Positions 18,068 through 29,209 are shown, counted from the stretch's first letter. The stretch: DNA of 64,000 nt from Patescibacteria group bacterium (GCA_041666325.1 JBAYHC010000003.1:159102-223101); one strand, 5' to 3'. Translations and numbers: made by a program. Notes: a model not told the origin generated them from the sequence alone.

Positions 18068-18163
18068 AATTCATCTCTTGAATAATAAGCCTTGTACTTG
18101 TACAATATTGTACAAGTTTTCCTTTTACATACTACCAATCTAGTAGTATAATGTAAAGCATCT

Positions 18164-20992
18164 ATGAAATTTAGATATAGAAGCAAAGAGACCCAAAGCG
18201 ATAACACCAAAAGAGTGTTTAGGGCACGAAGATTCAAGAGGTTCATCACAAAACGCCTCCCTCTTTATTTGTTGTACTTAACCGCATCTCTCATCTTCAT
18301 GTCTGCAGTTGCTTTTGCCTGGTTCACCAAAGATTTGCCCACGCCATCCAAGATTGCTAGCAGGAAGGCTTCTGAATCAACCAAGATCTACGACAGAACT
18401 GGTAATATTTTGCTATACGAAACTGGTGAACAGAAAAGGACTATTGTCAAAGAGGAGGACATTTCCCAATATCTGAAAGATGCCACAATAGCAACTGAGG
18501 ACACAAAATTTTACCAGCATCATGGCTTCGATAGCCGGGCCATCGCATCAGCCGTACTAGAAAAGGTATTAGGAAGAACAAGTCGGGCAAGGGGCGGATC
18601 AACAATTACTCAGCAATATGTTAAAAACGCCCTCTTAAATTCCAATCGATCTCTCACGCGCAAGGTCAAAGAACTTATTTTGGCAATCGAGCTGGAAGTC
18701 ATGTACAGCAAAGACGATATCCTCACCATGTATCTAAACGAGATCCCATACGGAAACAATACAGCTGGGGCAGAAGCGGCTGCACGAATGTACTACGGCA
18801 AAACTGCCAAGGATCTAACATTGTCTGAGGCCGCAACACTTGCTGGTATCCCCCAAAAACCAACTTATTATTCGCCATACGGCACTCACCTCAACGACCT
18901 CGTCAACCGAAGAAACTATGTCCTTGACCGCATGGTCGGAACTGGAAAGATTTCCAGTGAGGAGGCAGAAAAAGCCAAGCAGGAAGACACCACAACGATA
19001 GGCAAATCACTTCGCCCGCGTCGAGATACTATATTGGCTCCCCACTTCGCGATGTATGTGCTAGAAAAGGTGGCAGAAAAATATGGCGAGGAAAAAGTTC
19101 AGAAAGAGGGGTTGAAAATAATTACCTCTCTCGACTTTGACAAACAAAAAATCGCCGAAGAAGCCATCAATAAGGGCACTGACAAGATCACTAAATATGG
19201 CGCAACAAACGCGGCACTGGTTGCGGTTGACCCCAAGACTGGTCAGATTGTAGCCATGGTTGGTTCGCGAGATTATTTTGATGCTTCAATCGATGGCAAT
19301 GTTAACGTCGCTGATTCATTGCGACAACCAGGATCATCATTCAAGCCTATCGCATACGCTACTGCCTTCAAGAAAAAAGAGTACTCTCCCTCTAAAATAC
19401 TGTTCGATGTTGAAACAGATTTCGGCGGAGGCTATAAACCACAAAACTATAATGGACGATTCAATGGTCCAGTTACTATCCGTACCGCCCTCTCTAACTC
19501 ACTAAACATTCCCGCGGTCAAAATTCTTTCACTGGCAACAATGGATAATGTTCTGCGAACCGCTGATGATATGGGCATCACTACCCTGACTCAGCGCGAA
19601 CGCTATGGTCTTTCTCTTGTCCTTGGTTCCGGTGAAGTACGACCAGTAGAAATGGCTGGAGCGTTCGGTGTTTTCGCGAACGGTGGCATCAAGCATGATT
19701 TAAAAAGCGTGCTTAAAGTAACTGATTCCGATGGCAAGGTTCTCTACGAATACAAGCCCAACAAAGATTTTGGGTCAAAGGTACTTGACCCTCAAGTTGC
19801 CTATGAAATTAGCAACATCCTTTCGGACAATAACGCACGCTCAATGGTTTTTGGTCCAAGATCAGCCCTGTTCTTCCCTGAGAGGCCTGTGGCCGTCAAA
19901 ACCGGCACAACTTCAGATTTCAAAGACGCTTGGACTGTTGGCTATACACCTTCACTCTCAACTGCAGTTTGGGTTGGAAATAGCAATGCCACCAAGATGC
20001 GCCAAGGAGCAGATGGTTCTGTTTTGGCGGCGCCAATATTCCATACATTCGTAGAACAGGCACTCAAGGATGTCAAATCAGAAGAGTTTGCCCGTCCCGA
20101 TGGTATCGTTGAATTGGAAGTAGAAAAATATTCAAACAACTTGGCCACTGAACACTCAAAAGAAAAGACAAAAGACATCTTCGCTAGTTGGCAGGTTCCA
20201 ACCGAGAAGGACAGCACTAATGTGGCGGTCAAGCTATGCTTGGGCACAGATAAGCGTGCACCAGCTGACTTCCCCGACAATCTGACCGAGACAAGAACCG
20301 TGTCCCTGGTTCACTCTGAGAGACCGGACAATCCAAATTGGGAAAACCCTGTTCGCTCATGGGCAGAAGCGAATGGCTATGGCGGAGGATCTATTCCTAG
20401 TGATTACTGCACACAAAAAGACTTCGTGCCGAGCATTTCCATAACTTCCCCACTAGATGGATCAACTGTTTCGGGTGACATAACTATAGGCGCAAACGTC
20501 AGTAGCACATTTGAGGTTAGTTCTGTAGAATTCTTTATCGACGACATATCGATTGGCAGCACAGCTGCACTGCCCTACGCAATCCCCTACAATACAAAAA
20601 ATCTCTCGACAGAGCGAACGCACAAGGTTCAAGCTGTTGCAGTGGACAAGAATGGCTCAACATCCAAAGCCGATATCACAATTGGCATCGCACGGGACCA
20701 AGAGCCCCCCGCAATCAGTCAAATCTCTGCCGTTTCAACCAACGCTACTGCATCAATCTCATGGACAACTTCAGAAGAGACGGTTTCTCAGGTTTTTTAC
20801 GACATTATTGCAAGGCAAGCGCTCTCGGATTATCGGCAAACCAGTACCCGGTCTACCTCGCCTGGCAAAAATCATTCTGCGTCACTCTCAGCACTCACCC
20901 CCAACACAAGATATTACTACCGAGTAGTTTCAACAGATTCCAACGGAAACTCAACTGCTTCAGAAGAGAGAACTTTTGTTACCCTGCCCTAA
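18164..20992 (+). CDS. Class A penicillin-binding protein (PBP1A family) with C-terminal Ig-like and FN3-like domains
   Basis: EDTKFYQHHG, GGSTITQQ, RKVKE; SSFK, SLN, KTGT; promoter TTTACA-17-TATAAT upstream. Confidence 0.95.
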   Translation: MKFRYRSKETQSDNTKRVFRARRFKRFITKRLPLYLLYLTASLIFMSAVAFAWFTKDLPTPSKIASRKASESTKIYDRTGNILLYETGEQKRTIVKEEDISQYLKDATIATEDTKFYQHHGFDSRAIASAVLEKVLGRTSRARGGSTITQQYVKNALLNSNRSLTRKVKELILAIELEVMYSKDDILTMYLNEIPYGNNTAGAEAAARMYYGKTAKDLTLSEAATLAGIPQKPTYYSPYGTHLNDLVNRRNYVLDRMVGTGKISSEEAEKAKQEDTTTIGKSLRPRRDTILAPHFAMYVLEKVAEKYGEEKVQKEGLKIITSLDFDKQKIAEEAINKGTDKITKYGATNAALVAVDPKTGQIVAMVGSRDYFDASIDGNVNVADSLRQPGSSFKPIAYATAFKKKEYSPSKILFDVETDFGGGYKPQNYNGRFNGPVTIRTALSNSLNIPAVKILSLATMDNVLRTADDMGITTLTQRERYGLSLVLGSGEVRPVEMAGAFGVFANGGIKHDLKSVLKVTDSDGKVLYEYKPNKDFGSKVLDPQVAYEISNILSDNNARSMVFGPRSALFFPERPVAVKTGTTSDFKDAWTVGYTPSLSTAVWVGNSNATKMRQGADGSVLAAPIFHTFVEQALKDVKSEEFARPDGIVELEVEKYSNNLATEHSKEKTKDIFASWQVPTEKDSTNVAVKLCLGTDKRAPADFPDNLTETRTVSLVHSERPDNPNWENPVRSWAEANGYGGGSIPSDYCTQKDFVPSISITSPLDGSTVSGDITIGANVSSTFEVSSVEFFIDDISIGSTAALPYAIPYNTKNLSTERTHKVQAVAVDKNGSTSKADITIGIARDQEPPAISQISAVSTNATASISWTTSEETVSQVFYDIIARQALSDYRQTSTRSTSPGKNHSASLSALTPNTRYYYRVVSTDSNGNSTASEERTFVTLP

Positions 20993-22284
20993 GAAATTTG
21001 CTCAGCAAGCTGTGCAACGTTTTTGAGACTATTTACCGGCTTAAATCCAAGACTACTGGCTTCTTTTTCGCGATCTAATTGGCGCCTTACCGTGCGGACT
21101 TCTCCCGACAGACCCACCTCACCAAAGATACAAGACTTCACTGGCAAAGGCCTGCCCTTGTATGATGAAATAATTGCCGCACAAACAGCGAGGTCGGCTG
21201 CTGGTTCAGATAATTTTATTCCACCGATCACATTGAGATAAATATCAGAGTTGCCCAAGTTGATTCTAGTTGTTTTGCTAATAACGGCAGCCAATAGATT
21301 CACACGGTTCAAATCAAAGCCCGAGCTAGTTCTTTTGGGGTAACCAAAGTTTGTCGATACCACCAGGGCCTGAACCTCAACCAGAAGCGGCCTGGTACCT
21401 TCTAGTGCAACCGTGATGACATTGCCGGGATTATCCCTATACTCAGCTAAAAAAAGTTCTGACGGATTCGTTACCTCAACCAACCCCTTTTCCTGTATAG
21501 AAAATATACCAACTTCATTGGTGGCGCCGAAGCGATTCTTTATGCCGCGAAGTAAACGTGCATCGTGAAAACGATCTCCCTCAAAGTACAAAACAACATC
21601 TACGATATGCTCAAGCATTCGTGGCCCAGCCAGAACACCATCCTTTGTCACATGGCCTACGATAATTATTGGTATGCCGGATATTTTTGCTAGACGTTGC
21701 AGGAATATCCCACATTCCCTGACCTGGGTAACACTTCCCGCCGTCCCTGTAACCGAGTTAAGGTAAACAGTTTGAATTGAATCTACAATGACAAGACTTG
21801 GCTTGGTTGCAAGAATCCTGTTCTCAAGGGCCTCCAGGTCACCGCTAGAGATTAATTCTAGGTCAGGAGAGGTAATACCGAGACGATTAGCCCTTTCTTT
21901 AATCTGGCTAGCGGATTCTTCGGCGCTAACATAGAGCGTATTAGAAATGTTATCTGAAGTTTGGAGCAGTATTGTTGACTTGCCAATACCAGGCTCACCG
22001 CCAATGAGAACCATTGATCCTGGTACAATACCACCACCCAAAACCCGATCAAACTCAGATATCCCAGTGGTAATCCGAAAATTATTTTCTACATTAACGT
22101 CAGCCAACTTCTTGGGAATAAGCTTGGGCTGAGTTTTAATACTTTGACCCCCCTGTGACATTTCGGGTATTGTCATCTCAGAGATGGTATTCCACTCGCC
22201 GCACGCACCACACTGGCCAGACCAAGCAGAGAAATCGTTTCCACAGTTGCTGCAAAAAAATACCTTCTTGGCTTTCTTAGTCAT
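20989..22284 (-). CDS. radA: DNA repair protein RadA/Sms
   Basis: CSNC..CGAC Zn finger, GEPGIGKS, KNRFG. Confidence 0.97.
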   Translation of the reverse strand: MTKKAKKVFFCSNCGNDFSAWSGQCGACGEWNTISEMTIPEMSQGGQSIKTQPKLIPKKLADVNVENNFRITTGISEFDRVLGGGIVPGSMVLIGGEPGIGKSTILLQTSDNISNTLYVSAEESASQIKERANRLGITSPDLELISSGDLEALENRILATKPSLVIVDSIQTVYLNSVTGTAGSVTQVRECGIFLQRLAKISGIPIIIVGHVTKDGVLAGPRMLEHIVDVVLYFEGDRFHDARLLRGIKNRFGATNEVGIFSIQEKGLVEVTNPSELFLAEYRDNPGNVITVALEGTRPLLVEVQALVVSTNFGYPKRTSSGFDLNRVNLLAAVISKTTRINLGNSDIYLNVIGGIKLSEPAADLAVCAAIISSYKGRPLPVKSCIFGEVGLSGEVRTVRRQLDREKEASSLGFKPVNSLKNVAQLAEQIS

Positions 22285-23950
22285 GCTTCCTCATATCTAA
22301 TATATTGAGACACACCTCCGACGAACCATTCCATGTGTCAAGATTCAAATAAAAAGCTACATCATAGTCACCATGCAAAAGATCCTTATCCGAAAAATTG
22401 AAAAATATAGACTTCAACCGCTTGGAATCCTTGCAAACCCGTAAACTCAGGTGGTTCTTTGCACTGCCCACGAGTCTTGTGTCTTGTAATGTCACCCCTC
22501 TCAAGACAAAAATTGGCTTATTGTTTCCCAGACCAAAGGGTTGCAGCTGATCTATTTTATCATACAGACGCTCATTGATATCGAATGCGTCGAGCTCCGC
22601 ATCAATAAACAATTTTCTCACTAACAAACTTTCATCAATTTCACGGTTCGAGACAGCTGTCATTGCCTCGACAAAGGCAGGAAAAGATTCTTTCTTGACA
22701 GTTAGGCCGGCTGCCCCACTGTGACCGCCGAATTTCTCCACACTCGATGATACTTTCTCTATTAAGTCTAAAATATGCACCCCTTCAACACTGCGGGCGC
22801 TTCCCGTCAATACATCACCCTCATCGGCAAAAACAAAAGACGGCCGATAGAATTTTTCCGTGAGTCGACTGGCAGGAGGACCAAGCACACCTCGCTCCCA
22901 CTTTCCCTTTACGATGATGACTTTGCCCTGAAACTTGTCCAAATTAATCTGAGCCAGTGATTCCTCAAAAACCTTCTCCATCATTTTCTGACGCTCAGTA
23001 TTTTTAACATTCAGAAGCTCTGCGTCTCTCTTGGCTTTAGACACATCATTTGTTGTCAAAAGCTCATACGATCTGACAGCATGGTCAATTCTTCCGGGCG
23101 TATTAACCCTCGGACCAATCTGGAAGCCAACAGAATAAGCATCAACCTTAGACGGCACAATGCCAGAAACTACTATTAATTCCCGCAATCCTAAGTTGCG
23201 ACTTTTCCTCATCACGTCAAGTCCATACTTAGCAAAAACACGGTTTTCGCCTGTCAACGGAACCATATCTGCTATTGTTGAAAGCGCGACCAAATCTAAA
23301 TTCCATTTCAGGAACGATTCGCTTATCTCCGGAAAAATCGAGGAAAGAGCCTGAATTAGTTTGTATGCCACACCACAGCCGCAGAGGTTTTGGTATGGAT
23401 ACACGCACTTCTCCAACTTTGGGTTGATGACAGCAAATGCATCCGGAATCTTGTCTCCGGGCAGATGGTGATCAGTTATTATCAGATCAACCATCTTATC
23501 CTGGCAGTACTGAGCCTCAACTGTATTTCTAATTCCTAAATCAATCGAAATTATTAACGCGCACCCCTTCTCGATAAGATAGTCAATGCCACGTTGGCTA
23601 AGGCCATAACCGTCGGCCCTGGTTGGAATATAAATTTCAGTATCTACCCCGATCTTTTGTAGCGCTCGGAACATAAGTGCCGCACCAGGTACGCCGTCTG
23701 CATCATAGTCAGCAAAAATGCCAATCTTCTCGGCTCTCTCTTTCGCTCCTCGAATCCTCTCAACAGCTTTTGCCATATCAGGAAGAAGAAAGGGGTCATG
23801 AACCCCTGTATCAAAGCTGGGATTGATGATCTCTTCAACATGGGGATCTTTCTCTGTGCCAAGAAAGCCGCGGTTCGCCAAAATCTGGAGTATGATTTCG
23901 TCATACTTTTTTTCGGCTATTATCCAGTTTTTTTCTAGTAAGCTCTCCAA
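22277..23950 (-). CDS. recJ: ssDNA exonuclease RecJ
   Basis: DYDADG, TDHH, GGHSGAAG, LQPFGLGN. Confidence 0.95.
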   Translation of the reverse strand: MESLLEKNWIIAEKKYDEIILQILANRGFLGTEKDPHVEEIINPSFDTGVHDPFLLPDMAKAVERIRGAKERAEKIGIFADYDADGVPGAALMFRALQKIGVDTEIYIPTRADGYGLSQRGIDYLIEKGCALIISIDLGIRNTVEAQYCQDKMVDLIITDHHLPGDKIPDAFAVINPKLEKCVYPYQNLCGCGVAYKLIQALSSIFPEISESFLKWNLDLVALSTIADMVPLTGENRVFAKYGLDVMRKSRNLGLRELIVVSGIVPSKVDAYSVGFQIGPRVNTPGRIDHAVRSYELLTTNDVSKAKRDAELLNVKNTERQKMMEKVFEESLAQINLDKFQGKVIIVKGKWERGVLGPPASRLTEKFYRPSFVFADEGDVLTGSARSVEGVHILDLIEKVSSSVEKFGGHSGAAGLTVKKESFPAFVEAMTAVSNREIDESLLVRKLFIDAELDAFDINERLYDKIDQLQPFGLGNNKPIFVLRGVTLQDTRLVGSAKNHLSLRVCKDSKRLKSIFFNFSDKDLLHGDYDVAFYLNLDTWNGSSEVCLNILDMRKHD

Positions 23951-23989
23951 TTTTCCTCTCTGCCCGCCTCTCCGTCGTTTTTGATCTAT

Positions 23990-24802
23990 CTACTTGTAGT
24001 AGGCCCAACCATCGATTCTTAGATCAACATACTCGTGCACATCACCCCTCTTCTCCACTAGAACCTTTTTTAAATTATCGAGCTGTTTCTTGCTTGATCT
24101 CATAGTGTTCAGTTTGACATAAAAGCCAGCTTCTGTGTGCAACACAACATCAAATGTTGTTTCCTCAACCTCAAAAAAAGTTGGCTTAATGTTAGTGGCA
24201 TCAAAAAATTGAGAATACACGTTGGTAATAAAGCTCACAAAATTGGGAGAAACGAGTATCAGTCCTGGCTCAGCTGTAATATTTTTTTTATCAATGATCA
24301 GAGGAGGCGTACCGATCTTTGACTCGTCACCCGCCGCAACCTTTCTGATGGCCTCACCATTAGAATTAATAATATATTTGTTCTCTCCGGATTGCCAGAG
24401 AACACGAGCGTCTTTTTCCTGAACAACTATTTTGATGGCATTCGGAATTCCACGATAAATCTCCAGATCATTTATTTCTGGAAACTGTATTAGTAGGTCT
24501 TGCTTTAGCTTAGCAGCATGCAGCCTAAAAATGTTTAGCCCCCTTGGCACAGTACTCGCTATTGTCTCAGAAGGCAGAAGATTGCCGCCCTCGACTATAA
24601 CCTCTGATATTTTAAAGACATTCGAAAAAAATACAAAATAAACAGACGAGCCAAGAAGTGCAAGAAAAAGCACTAATCTCATACCAGACTTGGATAGAAC
24701 AATTTTGTCTTGTATCTGGTTCGAGCCGTAAACTAGAGGCGAGCGGTAATTACCTCGTCTTCTATTAATGGATGATCGATTTTTTCTATAAAGTGCTACC
24801 AT
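23990..24802 (-). CDS. ftsQ: Cell division protein FtsQ/DivIB
   Basis: TM + POTRA domain, EYVDLR at C-terminus, dcw context. Confidence 0.85.
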   Translation of the reverse strand: MVALYRKNRSSINRRRGNYRSPLVYGSNQIQDKIVLSKSGMRLVLFLALLGSSVYFVFFSNVFKISEVIVEGGNLLPSETIASTVPRGLNIFRLHAAKLKQDLLIQFPEINDLEIYRGIPNAIKIVVQEKDARVLWQSGENKYIINSNGEAIRKVAAGDESKIGTPPLIIDKKNITAEPGLILVSPNFVSFITNVYSQFFDATNIKPTFFEVEETTFDVVLHTEAGFYVKLNTMRSSKKQLDNLKKVLVEKRGDVHEYVDLRIDGWAYYK

Positions 24803-25725
24803 TTTCCGACATATCCTATAGATTCCTCTAAGACAATACCTGTGCGACCTACAACCCGCTGCTTCATGGCCTCGATCAACGCTCTGACATCGCCAGCTTT
24901 TGCATTACGGTAATTTACTATTGAGTTTGAGTGGTCCCTGAGGACCCTTGCCCCACCAACCTTTAGAGAACTAACCCTGGCTAAATCAAGACATGATTCA
25001 GCTGTCCTAAATTCATCTGGATCCTTGAAAATATTGATTATGGCCTTGTCGATCCTTGTGATCTTGGCCCGGTTGCCGTATTCACGAACGAGTCTTAATA
25101 TTTCGTCCTTCCGTCTCCGCGTGAGCTGCAACCTAGCTGTCAAAATTACTGGACCGAAAGATGTAACGCCAAGATTTTTTAGTTTTGTAGTACCATTACC
25201 AAAACTCATCCAGTGCGCAGGATAGCTCTCGACAGATAGCTCTCCACCTTTATTTAACAATATAGTTATTGATTTTACAAAATCACCTATACTTAATTTA
25301 TTTTGCCCAATATTCCCATACAGAGCGCTACCAACAGTGTCCGGCTGACCGGTAAGAAACTCCAATCCGCCCAGATCTCTCCCTGCAGACAAATTGATCA
25401 AGCTCGGAAGGTCAACACCGGAATCAACTATTACCTCCGAGGAATCCGGGCTAAAAATTATATTATTGCTCTCATTCTTGATGACTATGCCATCAAAACC
25501 TTCATCTGAAAGTATTATCTTCTGACACCTTCCCACAACCAGATAGGGGATATTCTGCCTGCACGCAAACGCAACAGCATTTCCCAACTGGTTGATGTTA
25601 GTGGCAACATAGAAGTACCGGACGGTCCCTCCGACTCCCAGTGGCGAGCATAAAGAAAATTGCACATTTTCTTTCAACCCTTCGCCAAGTAAATTAACTG
25701 GTAAGTCAGTGGTTTGGTTGCTCAT
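24796..25725 (-). CDS. murB: MurB-like protein with degenerate catalytic motifs
   Basis: GVGG..RYF, GLEFLTG.PDTVG.A..GN, FKDP, KVGGA; dcw position. Confidence 0.8.
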   Translation of the reverse strand: MSNQTTDLPVNLLGEGLKENVQFSLCSPLGVGGTVRYFYVATNINQLGNAVAFACRQNIPYLVVGRCQKIILSDEGFDGIVIKNESNNIIFSPDSSEVIVDSGVDLPSLINLSAGRDLGGLEFLTGQPDTVGSALYGNIGQNKLSIGDFVKSITILLNKGGELSVESYPAHWMSFGNGTTKLKNLGVTSFGPVILTARLQLTRRRKDEILRLVREYGNRAKITRIDKAIINIFKDPDEFRTAESCLDLARVSSLKVGGARVLRDHSNSIVNYRNAKAGDVRALIEAMKQRVVGRTGIVLEESIGYVGKW

Positions 25726-26981
25726 CTGCTCGCGAGCTCCTGTGCAATCAGATAGACGGGGGGGATACCTATTGTAAGCAAGACGCTATCAGCGTCAAGA
25801 TGCTCCGAGAGATATGAAACGATAGCATTATCGTCGTCCATTAGTTTGGCTAATTGCTTGCCGTTGTTGATGCCATCAACCAGATCCTGCGAGTCGATGT
25901 CCACCTTCTCGTCTCTACCCGGCACAAAGTAAATTGGCTTAACAATGACTTCCGACGCCCCATCAAAAGATCGTGTAAACTTAGATAGAAGAGACCTGAT
26001 TCGCTTATACTGATGCGGCCAGAATACGACATATTTTCGCTTATCAGGATATCGTTCTGACAATGCGTCTATAGTCGCTTTAATCTCACTTGGGTGATGC
26101 CCATAATCATCAATCAGGTCAGCGCCATTGTATTTACCTACAAGCTCAAACCGTCTGTGTGCTCCTGTAAATGTTGCGAAAACACTTTTCAGGGCATCGT
26201 CACCTATCCCCAGTTGATCTGCCAGTGCGACAATGGCGAGAGCGTTTTGGATATTGTGGTTCCCTGGTATAGATAGATCGTAAATAAAACTATTATATTT
26301 TTCAGATGAAAAACCGTATGGAATTTTCTTTGCCTTACTATCTGATCCCTCAACAAGTTCACGAACATTTGTATCGTCGTGACAATAGATAATAGCGCCA
26401 TTACTCGAAACGTGTTTAAGATAATCAGCAAAGGCCTCAGTTATCTCAGGTAATCCGCCGGGATAAGTATCAAGGTGCTCCTCTTCAATATTTGTTAATA
26501 TCAGGATTTCCGGATAAACATCCAGAAAGCTTCTGTCATATTCGCACACCTCTGCTACAAACCAGTCAGATCGACCGAACCGGAGTACTCCCCCGAACTC
26601 CTTGATCTCCTCACCCACCAACACCGTTGGGTCATATCCGGCCTTATCGAGCAATAGACCAGCCATGGCTGTAATTGTCGTCTTGCCGTGCATACCAGAC
26701 ACAGCAACAAGGTGTTTATCTTGCGTTATTTCACCCAACAATTCAGACCGCTTTATCACCTTGATTCCGCGACGGTTTGACTCCTCTACCTCGACCCAAC
26801 CTGGTGATCCTGGACTAACTGCGGATGTTCGCACAACAATGTCAGTCCCCTCCAAGACATTTTTGGCCTGATGGCCGCCACTCTTGAGGTCAGAACCAGA
26901 AACATTGTGGCCCATCAGCTCCATATATTCCTTGAGGCCCCGCATCGAAACACCCCTATCACCTATAAAATGATATTTCAT
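25722..26981 (-). CDS. murC: UDP-MurNAc--L-alanine ligase
   Basis: HFIG..GVSM, GMHGKTT, DDYGHHPSE; start MKYHF. Confidence 0.93.
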   Translation of the reverse strand: MKYHFIGDRGVSMRGLKEYMELMGHNVSGSDLKSGGHQAKNVLEGTDIVVRTSAVSPGSPGWVEVEESNRRGIKVIKRSELLGEITQDKHLVAVSGMHGKTTITAMAGLLLDKAGYDPTVLVGEEIKEFGGVLRFGRSDWFVAEVCEYDRSFLDVYPEILILTNIEEEHLDTYPGGLPEITEAFADYLKHVSSNGAIIYCHDDTNVRELVEGSDSKAKKIPYGFSSEKYNSFIYDLSIPGNHNIQNALAIVALADQLGIGDDALKSVFATFTGAHRRFELVGKYNGADLIDDYGHHPSEIKATIDALSERYPDKRKYVVFWPHQYKRIRSLLSKFTRSFDGASEVIVKPIYFVPGRDEKVDIDSQDLVDGINNGKQLAKLMDDDNAIVSYLSEHLDADSVLLTIGIPPVYLIAQELASR

Positions 26982-26982
26982 T

Positions 26983-28107
26983 TTACTCCATTGCCTTGAT
27001 AATTTCCCCGGCAACCCTGTCTAAACCATCAGCCGGGAAAAACCGCTTGGCGTTATTACCAAGCTCCTTGATTCTTTTTCTGCTGTCACTAAACAAATTA
27101 TCGACCGTTCTGTTGATCAACTCAGGAGAAAGATCATCGTCTTTAATCAGAACGGCTGCATCAGCGACCTCTAGTAGCTTAGAGTTCTTGTACTGATGAT
27201 CAGACGCAGCGTACTTCCAGGGAACTAGAATCATTGCTTTTCCTCTTAGTGCTAGCTCTGAAATGGTAGTAACGCCAGCCCTCGCGATGACTAAATCGGC
27301 CGCTTCGATTGACTCCAGCATTCGATCTCTTCCTCCCTCTATGCGCAAGAAATCTGTCACAAAATAATGTGACCTTAGCTCTGGGGGCAAAGCGTTGCGA
27401 TGATTCATTACCCAGTCAACGCTGTGATCACCGGTCTGATGTATGATATTGTATGAAGATAACAGCTTGGACAGTGCCGGCAAAACGTTTCTATTCAGGG
27501 GCATTGCACCGAGACTGCCGCCAGTGATGAATATGACCGGCCGCTTGTCAGGAAAACCGAAATAAGAACGATCCACCTCAATGTCACTTTTGATCTCGCT
27601 CCTGACAATAGGTCCACTAAACACAAGATTATTTTTATTATCATGACCATAAATATCTGGGGAGTAGGTTACAAAAACCTTCTTTGCGCATCTTGACCCT
27701 ATTCGGTTGGCAAGGCCTATCTTGGTATCAGACTCATGAACAAAATACGGAACACGAAATAGGTTGGCTGAAAAAATTATGGGCAGGGAAACGTAGCCGC
27801 CTTTGGAAAAAACTAGGCCTGGCCGCTCTCGCCAAATCAAGATCAAAGATTGCCAGAAACCAATAATAAATTTTATTAACTCACCAATATTGCGCAAGGT
27901 AATATGACGGCGCATCTTGCCAGCCATAATTTTTTGGTATGTAGGAATGGATGAATAAAAGTTTTGTTCGATATCTCCACCGTCACCAACTACAACTATA
28001 CGCAAACCTGGATTAATCTGTTTTATCTTCTTGTACAGCTCAAAAGTTGGCACAATGTGTCCGCCTGTCCCGCCACCGACCAAAACCACAGTTTTATTCT
28101 TTGTCAT
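26983..28107 (-). CDS. murG: Lipid II GlcNAc transferase
   Basis: GGGTGGH, KGGYVS, GGSLGA, HQYKN. Confidence 0.95.
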   Translation of the reverse strand: MTKNKTVVLVGGGTGGHIVPTFELYKKIKQINPGLRIVVVGDGGDIEQNFYSSIPTYQKIMAGKMRRHITLRNIGELIKFIIGFWQSLILIWRERPGLVFSKGGYVSLPIIFSANLFRVPYFVHESDTKIGLANRIGSRCAKKVFVTYSPDIYGHDNKNNLVFSGPIVRSEIKSDIEVDRSYFGFPDKRPVIFITGGSLGAMPLNRNVLPALSKLLSSYNIIHQTGDHSVDWVMNHRNALPPELRSHYFVTDFLRIEGGRDRMLESIEAADLVIARAGVTTISELALRGKAMILVPWKYAASDHQYKNSKLLEVADAAVLIKDDDLSPELINRTVDNLFSDSRKRIKELGNNAKRFFPADGLDRVAGEIIKAME

Positions 28108-28120
28108 AATCAAATCCAGG

Positions 28121-29209
28121 CTACGCCTTCCTATGCTTAGAAATATTACACAAGACACCAACTGCGGCAAGCAAGAAAACTAGGGACGTGCCGCCATAAC
28201 TCACGAAAGGCAAAGGGATTCCCGTCAGCGGAACAAGAGAGAGCATGGCTGCAATGTTTATTATCGCCTGAAAAAAAACCCATGAGGTGATCGCAGCTGC
28301 TACTAGACGAGAAAACTGATCTTGGGCTTCGAATGCAATCTTGTAACCGCGCATTGCTATGAACATAAAGACGGCAATCAAAATCATTGAGCGTATCAAA
28401 CCCAGCTCTTCTGCAATAATAGCAAAAATTGAGTCAGTGTGCGCCTCTGGAAGATAAAGATACTTTTGACGACTCTGTCCAAAACCAAGTCCCCACACCC
28501 CCCCCGAGCCAATAGCAATCAGGGCATTACGGATGTGGTAGCCGGAACCAAGGGCGTTAGACTCTGGATTCAGGAATGTTAAAACCCGCTCCATACGATA
28601 CGGTTCAAGCTTCACTGCAAGCCAGAGCAACAGTCCTCCGAGCCCTGCACCGGCTACCAAGTGCAAAAGGGAAGAACCAGCAGCCACAAAAATCGAGGTA
28701 GAGATTATGACTAATATGGCCAAGGTGCCAAGATCTTTTTGTACCAGCATGAGACCGGACACAAGACCGACAATAGTAATAAATGGCCAGAACATTTGGC
28801 GTATTGCTCTCAGGTTTTCGCCTTTGCCAGACATCCAGCCTGCAAGATAAAAGGTAAATGTCAGTTTTGCAATTTCAGACGGCTGAAACTGAGTAAAGCC
28901 TAGACTAACCCATCTTCCTGCCCGACCAAAAATTATTGGTAAAACCAAGAGGACTAGAGTAATGGCTAGCATTTTAGCAGAGTTCTTCTGCCAAAATCGA
29001 TAGTCAATCGACTGAAATACAATCCATACGACAATTCCGATACCAGCCCAAAGGAACTGTTTTTTTAGAAAGTACTTATCAGTCGCTTCATCAGTAATTT
29101 GAAGTGAATAATACTTAGAAACAGAGTATATCATGATCAAACCAAAAACTATCAGGGCAAAAATGGCCAGGGCCAACCAATAGTCAGAATGTTGTTTGCG
29201 CGTATTCAT
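28121..29209 (-). CDS. ftsW: SEDS peptidoglycan polymerase FtsW
   Basis: QPSEIAK, LPEAHTDSIF, LPFVSYGG. Confidence 0.95.
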   Translation of the reverse strand: MNTRKQHSDYWLALAIFALIVFGLIMIYSVSKYYSLQITDEATDKYFLKKQFLWAGIGIVVWIVFQSIDYRFWQKNSAKMLAITLVLLVLPIIFGRAGRWVSLGFTQFQPSEIAKLTFTFYLAGWMSGKGENLRAIRQMFWPFITIVGLVSGLMLVQKDLGTLAILVIISTSIFVAAGSSLLHLVAGAGLGGLLLWLAVKLEPYRMERVLTFLNPESNALGSGYHIRNALIAIGSGGVWGLGFGQSRQKYLYLPEAHTDSIFAIIAEELGLIRSMILIAVFMFIAMRGYKIAFEAQDQFSRLVAAAITSWVFFQAIINIAAMLSLVPLTGIPLPFVSYGGTSLVFLLAAVGVLCNISKHRKA

